Shown: piece after piece, positions 24,218 to 35,200 of the stretch
Position numbering within the stretch: the stretch's first letter is position 1
Layout of the letters: every line of letters starts with the position of its first letter
Source of the DNA: Fistulifera solaris
Taxonomy: Eukaryota
Reading direction: 5' to 3'
DNA: 64,000 bases
Assembly (NCBI GenBank): GCA_030295235.1
Contig: AP026123.1
Location: 186,001 to 250,000, forward strand
The notes under the pieces: model-generated
Told to the model about the DNA's origin: nothing
Database searches by the model: none
The model's input: the letters and a program-made list of their open reading frames with translations, nothing else
Made by a program: the position numbers and the translations under genes

Positions 24218-25831
24218 ATGCAACAATCACTGCTGCGCGGCTCGGCGCTGCTTCTACTACTGCAACCAGCCGCTTGCTTTACTGCAATCACGACACCGTC
24301 TCGATTCGTCACTTCTCAATCACTCGCTATTTCCTCTTCTTCATCTCTTCGAAACGGAACACAGTATAGCGACGATGTACGTTCAATGCAGATTACTAAC
24401 TTTCAAGAAATGAACCGATGGGCGGACGCGATTGAATCGGCTCCGACCGCACAACGGGCCGTGCAAGCGGCCACCTATGTCGAACAGATACAGCAACAAG
24501 AGAGTGATGTGATTTCGCTGAATACGGCACTCAAAGGATGGGCGCGATGTGGACAGCGTCTCACGGAATTGCGTCATCATCACGTGGCGCCGCGCGGAGA
24601 TGCCGGACACACGGTCAACTGGGACCTTTTGGAAACCAAAGGGATTCACGAGAAATTCGTCATTTATACGCCTCGTGATGCGGTCGAACATGCCAGTGCT
24701 TTACTGGAGAGTCATGCCGATAAAGTTCCGGCCAATGCACAGTCGTACAACATTGTTATGGATGCTTGGTCCAAACTCAAGAACACACCGGATGCCATTG
24801 ATAAAATTCACAAATTGTTGAAAACGACACCGGAACCGGATGTCTTTGCCTACAACTCATTGATTGAAGCGTATGCGAGCTCGTCGACGGAACAAGGCCT
24901 GGAAAAAGCCGTCAACGTTTTTAACAAGTTGCCCATGGAACCGAATTCACACACGTACAATTCAGTCTTGCACGCCTACAGCAAACGAGCTGCCGTCGAC
25001 TATCGTCAAGCCAAAGAGTGTGCTCTCGCCGCAGAAAAGCTTTTGAATGAAGCGGCGATACATCAAAAAGCCGACGTCATGTCGTATACTTCGGTCATGG
25101 AATGTTGGTCTCGTGTCAACGACGGTGCGAGTCATGCTGAAGCCATCTTGGAGCGCTTCAAGTCGACGATCAAGCCCAGCGTATATACGTACAATGTCTT
25201 GATGCAAGCCTACAGGCGACCGAATAATATCAAGAAAGCTACCGCTTTGATGGAACAGTTGCTCGCGGCTATAGAACAGCCGAAGAAATCACAAGACGTC
25301 AAGGCCAACTCTATTGTATGCACCACGTACTTTTCCGTGTTAAAAAATTCCCGTACGGAGTCACAAGCTGTTGACGCGTTACGACTGATTCAGCGCATGA
25401 ATGAGCTATCTGTCTCGCACCCAGCCATCACGCCCTCGTTGGTCACCTACAATGCTGCCCTTGAGGTGTGTGCCCAGGTTCCGGAATCAAATGGCACGTC
25501 ACAGCTGGTGGCGTTGAAGATAGCGTTTGCTTTGTTAAAGAGTTTGGAGCAGCACAAGGTGTTAAAACCAAACAATATCACGTACAACACATTGCTGAGG
25601 GCCATTTCGTGTCTATTACCAATGGGGAGTCAGGAGAGGGATCAAGTTTCGAAGGCTCTTTTTGAAAAGGCCAAGGCCGCCGGACAAGTCGATACTAACA
25701 CACTGAAGAACCTGCAAAGAGCTGCATCAGTTGCGTCATATGCAGACGTAGTGGCAGAAATGGAAGGAGGAACGCACTTTTCCGCGGATAGTCCAATTCC
25801 AGCGAGCTGGTCTCGAAACGTTCGATTATAA
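24218..25831 (+). CDS. Pentatricopeptide repeat (PPR) protein, likely plastid-targeted
   Basis: Repeats SYNIVMDAWSK, AYNSLIEAYA, TYNSVLHAYSK, TYNVLMQAY, PNNITYNTLLRA; leader AAC-FTAI. Confidence 0.92.
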   Translation: MQQSLLRGSALLLLLQPAACFTAITTPSRFVTSQSLAISSSSSLRNGTQYSDDVRSMQITNFQEMNRWADAIESAPTAQRAVQAATYVEQIQQQESDVISLNTALKGWARCGQRLTELRHHHVAPRGDAGHTVNWDLLETKGIHEKFVIYTPRDAVEHASALLESHADKVPANAQSYNIVMDAWSKLKNTPDAIDKIHKLLKTTPEPDVFAYNSLIEAYASSSTEQGLEKAVNVFNKLPMEPNSHTYNSVLHAYSKRAAVDYRQAKECALAAEKLLNEAAIHQKADVMSYTSVMECWSRVNDGASHAEAILERFKSTIKPSVYTYNVLMQAYRRPNNIKKATALMEQLLAAIEQPKKSQDVKANSIVCTTYFSVLKNSRTESQAVDALRLIQRMNELSVSHPAITPSLVTYNAALEVCAQVPESNGTSQLVALKIAFALLKSLEQHKVLKPNNITYNTLLRAISCLLPMGSQERDQVSKALFEKAKAAGQVDTNTLKNLQRAASVASYADVVAEMEGGTHFSADSPIPASWSRNVRL

Positions 25832-26084
25832 AGTTATTAACGTTAAGAAGCAGATGCCTTATTCGGGGTTGTTTCCATACATTAAAAGCGCACGATGGAC
25901 GATTTGCGTTTGAGTGAAATTTAAAACTGTAACTTTCACAAGCTCTAATTGCTAAAGGACGTGATACTAGTAGCCTGATTATTTTCTACAATGTCAACTC
26001 ATGGTACCCTTTGGTCATCAGGACAGACAATAGGTTGCCTCTTTTGTTACTGAAGCCAAAAGACTAGCAAAAGGTCGGTAGTGC

Positions 26085-26561
26085 TCATTCAGAGTCCTGT
26101 CGAACGGGTCGAAACGCAAAATGTTTCATCAACGATCTTCGTCTCCGTTCCACGAGAGCTGGACTATTTAGATGATCAGTATACACTGCGATGGGATACG
26201 CAACTTTACCAGGTACATTTTCTGGTAGTCGAGTTGCAGCGAAGGTACTTTCGGAGTTGCAAGCGTTTCGCGCCTCAAGGCTAATGCATGTGCACCCAAA
26301 GAATTCGGTAAGCCATTCCATACCATGTGTCGTCTGCTGTGTTTTGTTTTCTTGATAACCTTCTTCAATGATTGATGGTTCTTCCTCAACAAAGGGAGAC
26401 GTTCCCAGACAGATTTGGCGCTGGGCGATCACAGCATGATTATCGTCATTAGCATCAAAAAATGCTCTTGCAGTTTCTTCATTTTTCCGGCCATTACCCT
26501 CAACAACGGAGTACAACTCAGGGGCTGACAAATGACAATATGTGTTTTCCAGTGGGGGCAT
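26085..26561 (-). CDS. Hypothetical protein
   Basis: 158-aa ATG-initiated ORF; no motif recognised. Confidence 0.35.
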   Translation of the reverse strand: MPPLENTYCHLSAPELYSVVEGNGRKNEETARAFFDANDDNHAVIAQRQICLGTSPFVEEEPSIIEEGYQENKTQQTTHGMEWLTEFFGCTCISLEARNACNSESTFAATRLPENVPGKVAYPIAVYTDHLNSPALVERRRRSLMKHFAFRPVRQDSE

Positions 26562-27100
26562 GATTCCGATAAGCCACCAGGCCGACTTGGTGAATAATTG
26601 TGAATTTTCGATCAGGAATGAGCTTCACATCAGATGGATTGCAACGAGCGAATACAACGGCATCAAGCGATTAGGTTGTTCAACTCTCAATTCTCCACCA
26701 TTTACTAAGAAATTTTCAAAATACGGTTTTTATTTAGGTTACTGATTCGCAGATAGACATACTACCCTAAGTAGCTTAAGAATACATAGGAGAAAGTACA
26801 AATTTACATAGCACGAGTGTGACAGTGTGACCCACTTCGCGCTTTGCGCTAACGACTACCAGGTATAGCTATAGCCGGTTTGATCACTCTTTTCTTATAA
26901 TCGAACTAATTTGAAGTATAAACTGCTCTTCAATACTTTGTTGTAATGACTCTAGCTAGCACATATTCCTCTGCAACACCGACCTGCTATCTGCTACGGA
27001 TGCCGTTACTCCGGAGTAAAATATATGTGAATGAAATTAGCTAAGGATGTAATACGAGCCGACATGTACATTGCCTTTGTGGTTTACGCATGAATATAGA

Positions 27101-27949
27101 TTACAAAGTTGTCGTTTGATGCTGATCCGTCGTGTGCTTCTTGCTCTTCTTTTTCTTGCTTGCTTCTACCTCAGCATGGGCGGCCAGAAGTTCACGTCGG
27201 GCTTCATCTTGAACTTCACGCTCGTGGTGTAGTCGTTCCATGAGTTCCGTGCGAATGCGGTGCATTTCCTCTACTCTAGCCATGGCGTCGGCTTCGGTGA
27301 TGAATTTTCCGTTCCGATCCATAAATTCCTTGAAACCCATTACGGAAAGCAACAAAGTAATTGTGGCGAACTGTCCGTAAACACGCGTATGCATGAGCTT
27401 GCTGCTAAGCTCCAAATGCTCTTTGCCACTACGGCCATAAAAGATACTAGCCACCGCGGGGATCGCAAAGCCGGCCAGCACTTTGATAGGGTTCTCCGCG
27501 GCATAGTTCGCCGCACGGTGGTATGTGTTGAGCTCATGTCCAGGTACAATCCTCACACCCGATTGAGAAATCGACTGCTGATACAATTCGTTTAGATGGG
27601 CGTTCGCGTTAAACTCTTCTTTGAGCTCGGCTGCCTTGGTAGCACGATGTTGCAGTTGTCGCTCGGCCCAGAGCACCGTATCCGCCGAGTGGCGATTTTC
27701 GTTGGCGATTTCCTTCATGCGGTTGCTCAGCTTGTGCTCCGACGTATATCCGAACATGAAGAGAGCCGGCATGATGATCAAAGCCGTTCGGCTTTGTACA
27801 TTGGTTCGAGCCCGGAAGGCAGGATACTGTAAAGCAGCAAAGACTGCTGCCGACGAAGGAATGAGTGTGATGGCTCCGTTCACCAGGCCTTCGTAGGTCG
27901 CATCCCAGGCGACATCGTGACGGCGTTCATTGGGTGTAAGAGACGACAT
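27101..27949 (-). CDS. HIG1-domain (Rcf2-like) mitochondrial membrane protein
   Basis: ENPIKVL..LSSKLMHTRVYGQFATI motif, hydrophobic helices, coiled-coil tail. Confidence 0.82.
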   Translation of the reverse strand: MSSLTPNERRHDVAWDATYEGLVNGAITLIPSSAAVFAALQYPAFRARTNVQSRTALIIMPALFMFGYTSEHKLSNRMKEIANENRHSADTVLWAERQLQHRATKAAELKEEFNANAHLNELYQQSISQSGVRIVPGHELNTYHRAANYAAENPIKVLAGFAIPAVASIFYGRSGKEHLELSSKLMHTRVYGQFATITLLLSVMGFKEFMDRNGKFITEADAMARVEEMHRIRTELMERLHHEREVQDEARRELLAAHAEVEASKKKKSKKHTTDQHQTTTL

Positions 27950-28745
27950 TGTCTTTGAATACTAATGGATGTTGTTACTCAAATTTTGAAATTTTATGGC
28001 AAAAGGCAATACGATCGAGCATCGACCTAAAGCGAAAAAAAATGGCCTGAGTAATTCGACAAGAACGAAACGGAACGCGAGAAAAGCCTGTGGTTCGCAT
28101 TTGCTTTCTCCGCGTCACTACTTTTGAGCGGATAGTGTGAAACGAGCGTTCTCATTTTCAAAATACCTGTAATTGTAGTTACAGCCGCTCAACAAAGCTA
28201 GATTATCGTCAATGCAAACTGCAGTTGAAATGAAGTCCACGTCCAAATCCTTCCTCATTATTAAGTTCATTTTCAACGCACTGCTATGCTACTTTTGACG
28301 GTCAAATCCAACCGGACCATTTACATCCGAATTTACTATAGTACCGAAGTGTTGTCCGTTTTCTCCAAGACTGGATTTCAGTCATCAGTTGTGAACGATA
28401 GTCAACAAATAAAGACTCGCCCTAGTTTGAAAGCTTTTTGATAATCAAACTTGTGTAATCTACCGACTGCTAGACTACATGAAATTGAAATGCATCTGTC
28501 ATGCTTTGCGTGAATAAAACACGTAAAAATATTTGCATTGAGATTATTCAGTCGCGAACACGATGTGTCTGTCTGTCTGCCTACGTCCCCGCTCCGCATC
28601 TCGTATCTCGTCGCCTTTTCTCGTCGGTTTTCCTTTTCTTCTCCATTCAAAATTCGAAAAAGTGACTTCTGTCAATTGAAATCATAATTAGAGCAAAGGA
28701 AGATTTTATTATCTTACCAAGTGCATATCCGCTTTTCTTAACACG

Positions 28746-29309
28746 ATGCCTCATCCTTCCAAACAGTCTGGTAGCAAAATTACCAAAGAAGAACGCCGTG
28801 CCAAGTACACCAAGATCGCACGAGATCGCAAACAAAAAGAACGAACACGCCTCAAAGAGTCCCAAACAACATGTTTTCATTGCAGGAAACACGGACACTC
28901 GCTTGCACAGTGTCCTGATAAGCCTCAGTCGGTGCAGCTATGTTTCAAATGTGGCTCGACGGAGCATGGTTTATGGCAGTGTCCGAAGCTGAAAGACAAG
29001 AACGACGCCGATCTCCCTTTTGCCAAATGTTTCGTTTGTCATAAAGAAGGTCATCTTTCACGACAATGTCCTCAGAATACCAAGGGGATTTACGTCAATG
29101 GTGGATCTTGTCGTCTTTGTGGATCAACGGAACATCGTGCGACCGATTGTCCCGACAACGATAAGAAGAAAAAGAAGAAACGAAATGATTCGGTGGATGA
29201 AGTGGAAGTGGAGGAGCTTCTCGAACAGCCCAATGAGCGTCCTGATGCAAAAGTTACAGAAACGAAAGCGGTCACTGCTAACAAAAAACGTCGTTTTGTG
29301 AAATTTTGA
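28746..29309 (+). CDS. ZCCHC9: Four-CCHC zinc-knuckle protein (ZCCHC9-like)
   Basis: Four CX2CX4HX4C knuckles including FAKCFVCHKEGHLSRQCPQNTKGIYVNGGSCRLCGS. Confidence 0.85.
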   Translation: MPHPSKQSGSKITKEERRAKYTKIARDRKQKERTRLKESQTTCFHCRKHGHSLAQCPDKPQSVQLCFKCGSTEHGLWQCPKLKDKNDADLPFAKCFVCHKEGHLSRQCPQNTKGIYVNGGSCRLCGSTEHRATDCPDNDKKKKKKRNDSVDEVEVEELLEQPNERPDAKVTETKAVTANKKRRFVKF

Positions 29310-29662
29310 AAAACATTGATGCAACACTCATCCCCAATCGGAGATGAATTTCACGATGACTCTTGACTCGCGGTATGTTTCGCACACTGCGGTTCACCGC
29401 TACTCGTGACAAGAATAGAACAGAATTGAACATGAAGAGGATTTATGAGATTCGGACCAGAATATCCGTGCTAAAATTGATGCTGGTTCTTGACTGCTGC
29501 TAAGCTACCCAAGTATGGCCACCAACGTCGGGGTTCATTATTTTACAAGTGAGTTGTAGAGAGCTAAATCCTAGAAAAAGCTATCGTATCAATTGTAATT
29601 GTTTCTTTTGTAAGACTTTTCCCTTTCATGATGTCTGAGCCACGTTAGTAAATTCTTATACT

Positions 29663-31632
29663 TTAATCAAGATCGTCGTATAGGGGACAGCTTTGTGAAT
29701 GTTCAATCAATGCGTATTCAAATCCATCCACCAGCGCATTGAGACTAGCCGATATAACGTTGGTATCGACGGAAACTGTCGTCCACTTTGTATCTTTCTG
29801 TGTGTCGCGAAATTCGATCATGACCCGCGTGGCGGCTTGTGTTGCCGACTGAGGATCCAAAATACGAACCTTGTAGTCGACCAATTCAATATTCTTCAGA
29901 TAAGGATGCGATGGTGTGACGGCTCTGGTCAAAGCTGCCGCCAGTGCGTCCACGGGACCGTTGCCGTCGCCAACTTCTAGTCGATCTTCAAACGGCGGAC
30001 GGTTTGTCGTGTCACAATCATCGTCGTCGCTGCTACCAGATACGGTTCGCACTTTTATGGTTGCGCGGGCCGTCGGTGCAAGAGAAGAGCTACTGATGCC
30101 ATGTTTTTTCATCACGCGAGTGGCGCTGTCGATGTTCGAATCATACACCTGTGCGCTATAATCTAAGACTCGGAAGGGTGGACAATAGCCCCGTGTTGCG
30201 TGCAAAATCATAAGATGGACACTAGCTTCGGCGCCTTCGAAAGTGTACCCAACTGCTTCTAGTTCTTTCACCCGATTCAATATAGCCAAGGCGCGATCAT
30301 TGGTTCCGGTTTCACTAATGTCAACTCCGGCCGCTTCCATTTTGCTTAAAATGTTCTGTCGTCCCGACAACTCTGAAATCAGAACGCGCATTTCGTTTCC
30401 GACTAAAGCAGGATCAATGTGCTGGTATGATAGTGGTGAACGCTCCATGGCAGCCACATGCAGCCCGCCTTTGTGTGCAAACGCAGAAATACCAACATAG
30501 GGAGCAGCAACGTTTGGCGATCGATTCAAAATTTCATCCACGTACCGACTGACACTGGTCAAATTTAGAAGCTGCTTTTTGCAAGCAATATTGCTTCCCA
30601 TATGTAGCGCAAGGGTTGGGATGATGGAGCATAAGTCGGCGTTACCGGTCCGTTCCCCAATACCATTGATGGTGCCCTGAATGAGACCGATTCCATTCTG
30701 ACAAGCAGAGACCGAGTTCGCCACTGCCATGCCACAATCATTGTGACAATGAATCCCAATGGTGACGTACCGATCAAAATGTCGAACAACTCGTTGACTC
30801 ACTTGACCCACCGTCCACGGCATGGTCCCTCCATTTGTGTCACAAAGTACTAGGCAGGTAGCTCCGGCATCCGCGGCCGCTTCACAGCACTGCAAGGCAT
30901 AGGCCGGATCGGCAGCATATCCGTCAAAAAAGTGCTCCATGTCCACCATCACCTGTCGGCCCGCATTTGTCAGGTGCTGTACTGTATCACGAATCATGTC
31001 AAGATTTTCTTGTAAATCCGCTTTCAAAATCTCTTGTACTTGCCACGAATGTGATTTAGCGACTATACAAACAGTGGGTGCCTTCGAATCAATCAGCAAT
31101 TGCACCTGTGTATCTTGGTCGGCTGAAGTATTTTTGCGTCGCGTACTGCCGAATGCCACTAGTTTCGCTCGGGCTGTTTCGGGCAACTCCGTTTGGGCGC
31201 GACGAAAGAACTCTGCATCTTTCGGATTGCTTCCCGGCCATCCTGCTTCAATGTAATCCACACCGAACTCTGCTAAACGACGACATATTTTTAATTTGTC
31301 GTCGGCCGAAGCAGATACTGATTCCCCCTTGTGTGCCATCTAGAAAGACCGGGTTTGTCAGTTCTTGAGCTTCGATTGCTTTCATCGGCCCATCGACGAC
31401 GCGTTCTTGAGTGTTACGTACCTCTTAACGTCGTATCATAAATAATAGCATGCTTCGGCCCTACAACACCATCTGTGGTCGGCGTGACTTGAAAGGCCTT
31501 TTGAACCCATTGATCTGATGATGTCTTAGTCGACGAAAGAGGAAACAGCCGGCAGTCGTTCCGCTTGGCGATAAAAGCGTCAGTCCATCGTAAGCAGAGT
31601 AATAGCAGTAAGTTGTTCTTCATCTTGTTCAT
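29663..31632 (-). CDS. cimA: Citramalate synthase / 2-isopropylmalate synthase family (bacterial CimA-like), plastid leader; intron 31340-31421; extra base at 31324-31328
   Basis: Spliced YDTTLRDGTQGES, IEAGWPGSNPKD, FGSTRR, CDTNGG, HCHND, GERTGNADL, HKGGLH, C-terminal regulatory GNGPVDAL; leader TDA-FIA. Confidence 0.87.
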
Positions 31633-32211
31633 TCAATTATGTTACGAGTTGATTATTTGCAGGTAGGAATGATCCTGATGTCAATCTGCCGATGATGGCA
31701 AAAGCGTCGAACAGTCGAAAAGATTTTATTATTTGGGCGGCGGAGAACAAAGCGAACGCTTTCTTTTTTCCTTCCGTCTTCCGATCATCCAGTACAATGT
31801 AGTGTACAGTGAGCAAGTGACACCCGTATGGTGGACAGACAGACGTGTTGCATAAGTATTCAGTCGTGGTTAGTACCGGTACACCACTAAACATTCTTAT
31901 ACTTATGTTTATATATTGTTCAAAATGTAGATTACTTTTTTATCTGTCAGTTGTGTAAACCATTCTTGCATCTTACCGGTATTGAAAGTTGTATTCAACT
32001 GACACGACAGCGCGAGTAATAAACGCATCGCGCGTGTTTCTGCGTTATTGCAACTCTTGCAACGAGCAACAACAAAAGGCACTTGTCCGTGCATGTCCTT
32101 AGCATTGATCAAGAAACAAAGCTGCGATAAACCTTGCGATTTGATACTGCGAAAGGCGCGGCGTTAAATTGTGATCGGGAGATTATTTTCGACAAAGAAC
32201 TGCAAAGTGTC

Positions 32212-35200
32212 ATGAGTCAAGATAATGATGCCCCAAACAGAAACTCGTCCCCATTCAATCGACAAACCTCTGCCTCGCATGACTTTGGTAATTTAAAGCC
32301 GCAAAGTCGTCTAAGACCGATGCGCTCACAGGGAATCTTTAGTGCCCCAGGATCATCACCTCGATATCCGACCATGTCGAAATCATCCTCTTATCGACCG
32401 GACGAATTTGCATCGCCTTTGTCTCGTCGAATGGTTTCTGCTTCAAGCCCCATTAAAGACCCAATATACCGATCACCCGACTCTTCTACCCCCAGTGCTG
32501 TATTAAAAGCTCCGCAGCCGCGTCCTATGGATAAACCTGCTTTCGGGAAGCGCTCGGCACGATCGTCGCTCGAAGACGATGTCCCCGAAGAATACCAAAA
32601 ACAATTTGAGCTCTTTAGCGCGGTTCCGAAATCTTCCTCTCACAGTGACGACCTATTCAGTGTTGATCGGGATGTGTCCTATACACCACAAACCAGTATT
32701 GGCATTCCGAATGATGCCCCCGGTGATACAGCGGATCCTTTTCATATTAGTAATTTGACCGAAGCCAGCATCCGATCCTCTTCCTCGAAAGAACTCAATT
32801 ATACGCCTTCGCAGCAGCTGCAATCTCCCCCGATCGAACGCAGCTCGTCCGTTCGATCTCGAGAAGCACCTGCCGAAATCTCACCGGCAACGGAGACTGT
32901 ATCCACTTCGTTTCATGATTTGACCGAGGAAGAGCTCATAGAAGCGGCTATCAAAGCTTCGGAACGCGAATACGACGCCTTGTCGAGGGAAGTTACATCG
33001 GGTGTTTTGTCGCAGCAAGAAGTTGACGAAATCAAAACGAACGCCAGAAATTTACAAGACGCTGCAAAGACAGAACATTTCGAAAATGAAATTGTTGCAT
33101 CGCTATTGGAAGTTTGTAAACATGATGTTGCTCGAATTGCGGATGCTGTTGAGTCAGCAGTCAGTCGAGGGGAGGAATTTGCAGGACTGTTTGAATTGAA
33201 CGATATTCTCACGGATGCAATTGCTGTCGGCGAAAATACCTTGAAAGATTACGAATTATCATCTTCCAAGGTGCAGGAGTATCTTGACCCTGAAACGCCT
33301 CGATTGGATTTTCCGAATCTCGTTGAAAACAAAGATATCTTCACCTTGATTTGTTCGTTACGTTCCCATAACACTTTCCGATTAGAGGCCACTTTGGCAC
33401 TCATGCATTTTGCGCGAGATGCTGAAGGAGGGACAATTGAGCAAATTCGATTACGAGATGAAATTCGGTCATCCGGGGGCATGCATTCCCTGCTGACAGT
33501 ATTCGAGTCTCCAAATGTCACTTATGAGTTGAAAGTTGTGGCGGCGATTGCTGTGGCGTATCTATCACCTTCCTTTGTGGAAGCATCGACGGACATGCAT
33601 GCCAGTATTGCATTAAAGCTTGTCGAGTGCATACGGTTTTTGACTAGATGTCGAGATGTAACGCCTCTGGGTGAAGTAATTTCAAGAGAAGATGCCTGTG
33701 TTGCAGCATCTGTGAGTCTTGCGGCTTTCTGGCTTACGTATCTCTGCCCGAAATTAAATTCTGACCTCTCGACAGCAATCGTGACTGTAGAAAACACACC
33801 TTTAGCGAAGCGATGGGGTAACGGGGCCGTAACTGATCAACGTAGAGAAAATATAGCATTGCGGGAAGTACTTGAAATCGCAGTGTCTCTGATAGTTGAT
33901 ATTGCGAATCAAAGCAATGCATCGGCGACGTCGCTTACTCTTGTCGAGCAAGTCTGCGCCGTTGAAATCGCAAGGCCCATCGCGGTCCGTGAAGGTATCC
34001 TCAAGACTTTAGTTCGGTGGTCAGAGTCCGGCGATGCCGAATTTATTCGTGCTGCTACCTTTTCCTTACAATGCCTAACGTCTGTCAACGATGCGTACCT
34101 AGCAGGATGGATACATTCAGAAATGGTCAACAAGGGGGCGGTGAAAGCATTGGCTAACTTGACACGCACTCCAGATATAAGCCATGATGTACGATTGTCC
34201 ATAGCTCAGATTCTGGCATCGCTCTGTGTAGCACCTCATACGCGTGCCGCTGTGGTCGAGGCGAACTGTATTCAGTTTCTGGTCGGATTTCTTTATGAGC
34301 CAGCTGAAGTATCTTTACGAGATGTCATCTTGTCGGCAGGAAGTGCATTAGTACATCTTGCTCGGGGTGCTATTACAAGGGCGACCATTATGAATGATGA
34401 ACAGGATGACGAAAGTGATATGTCGACACGAGATTGCGGAAAGATGCTTTTAGAGTAAGTACCCAGCGCGGCACAGATCCGATTATTTCTGCTGACTAAT
34501 TAGTGTTTGGTCGTGACTGCAGTGATATTTTTGGAAAGCGGCGCTGTCGATCAGTTCGTTGCAATAGCTCGTGATCGCAAGGATAGGTTAAGGTCAATTG
34601 CTGTCGAAGGGCTGCGCATAATCAGTGAGGATGTCAGTTTGACACGGCAGACGCGCCTCCGTCTTTGCAAAGATGGAGCTGCCGCCGCCCTCGGGGCTGT
34701 GTTGAAAGATATTGTGGATCCCATGCCAGCGAAATTTCATCTCAATCAGGCGGTGATGGGACTCTCGCAAGACGAAAAGAAGCAATTGCAGGAAGGTCTT
34801 TGTGCTTTAGCGAACATTTTAGAGCCGGTTCAAGATACTTCAAGGCGGAGGCGTTTATCAAGTCATGTTCTGTTAGACACGAACACTGTTTTGATCGAGG
34901 GTTGCATAGACACTGCAACGCACGGTGGCCTCGATTCAATTTTGAAAATAGCATTATTCCCCTTCACGATTACGTCGCAATTCAATGCAATCACCACCCA
35001 AACCAATGGTAGTTCAGGGTTGAGCCTGCTCGAAGAAGCTTGTCGCTCACTTGCCGCGCTTGCACCGTTACTTCTGACTCGTTCAGTCGCCGAACACGGC
35101 ATTGCCATAAGGGCTCATGATGTACTCAATGCATTTCACGCTGTCCTGAAAGGTCTTGTTAATTCACTAGAAACGGCCAGAAACCTAGATCTCGTCAAAG

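Noticed and set aside
28746..29309. Retrotransposon Gag (zinc knuckles)
   Set aside because: Spacing and the KGIY..GG.C motif match cellular ZCCHC9; no pol or LTRs nearby
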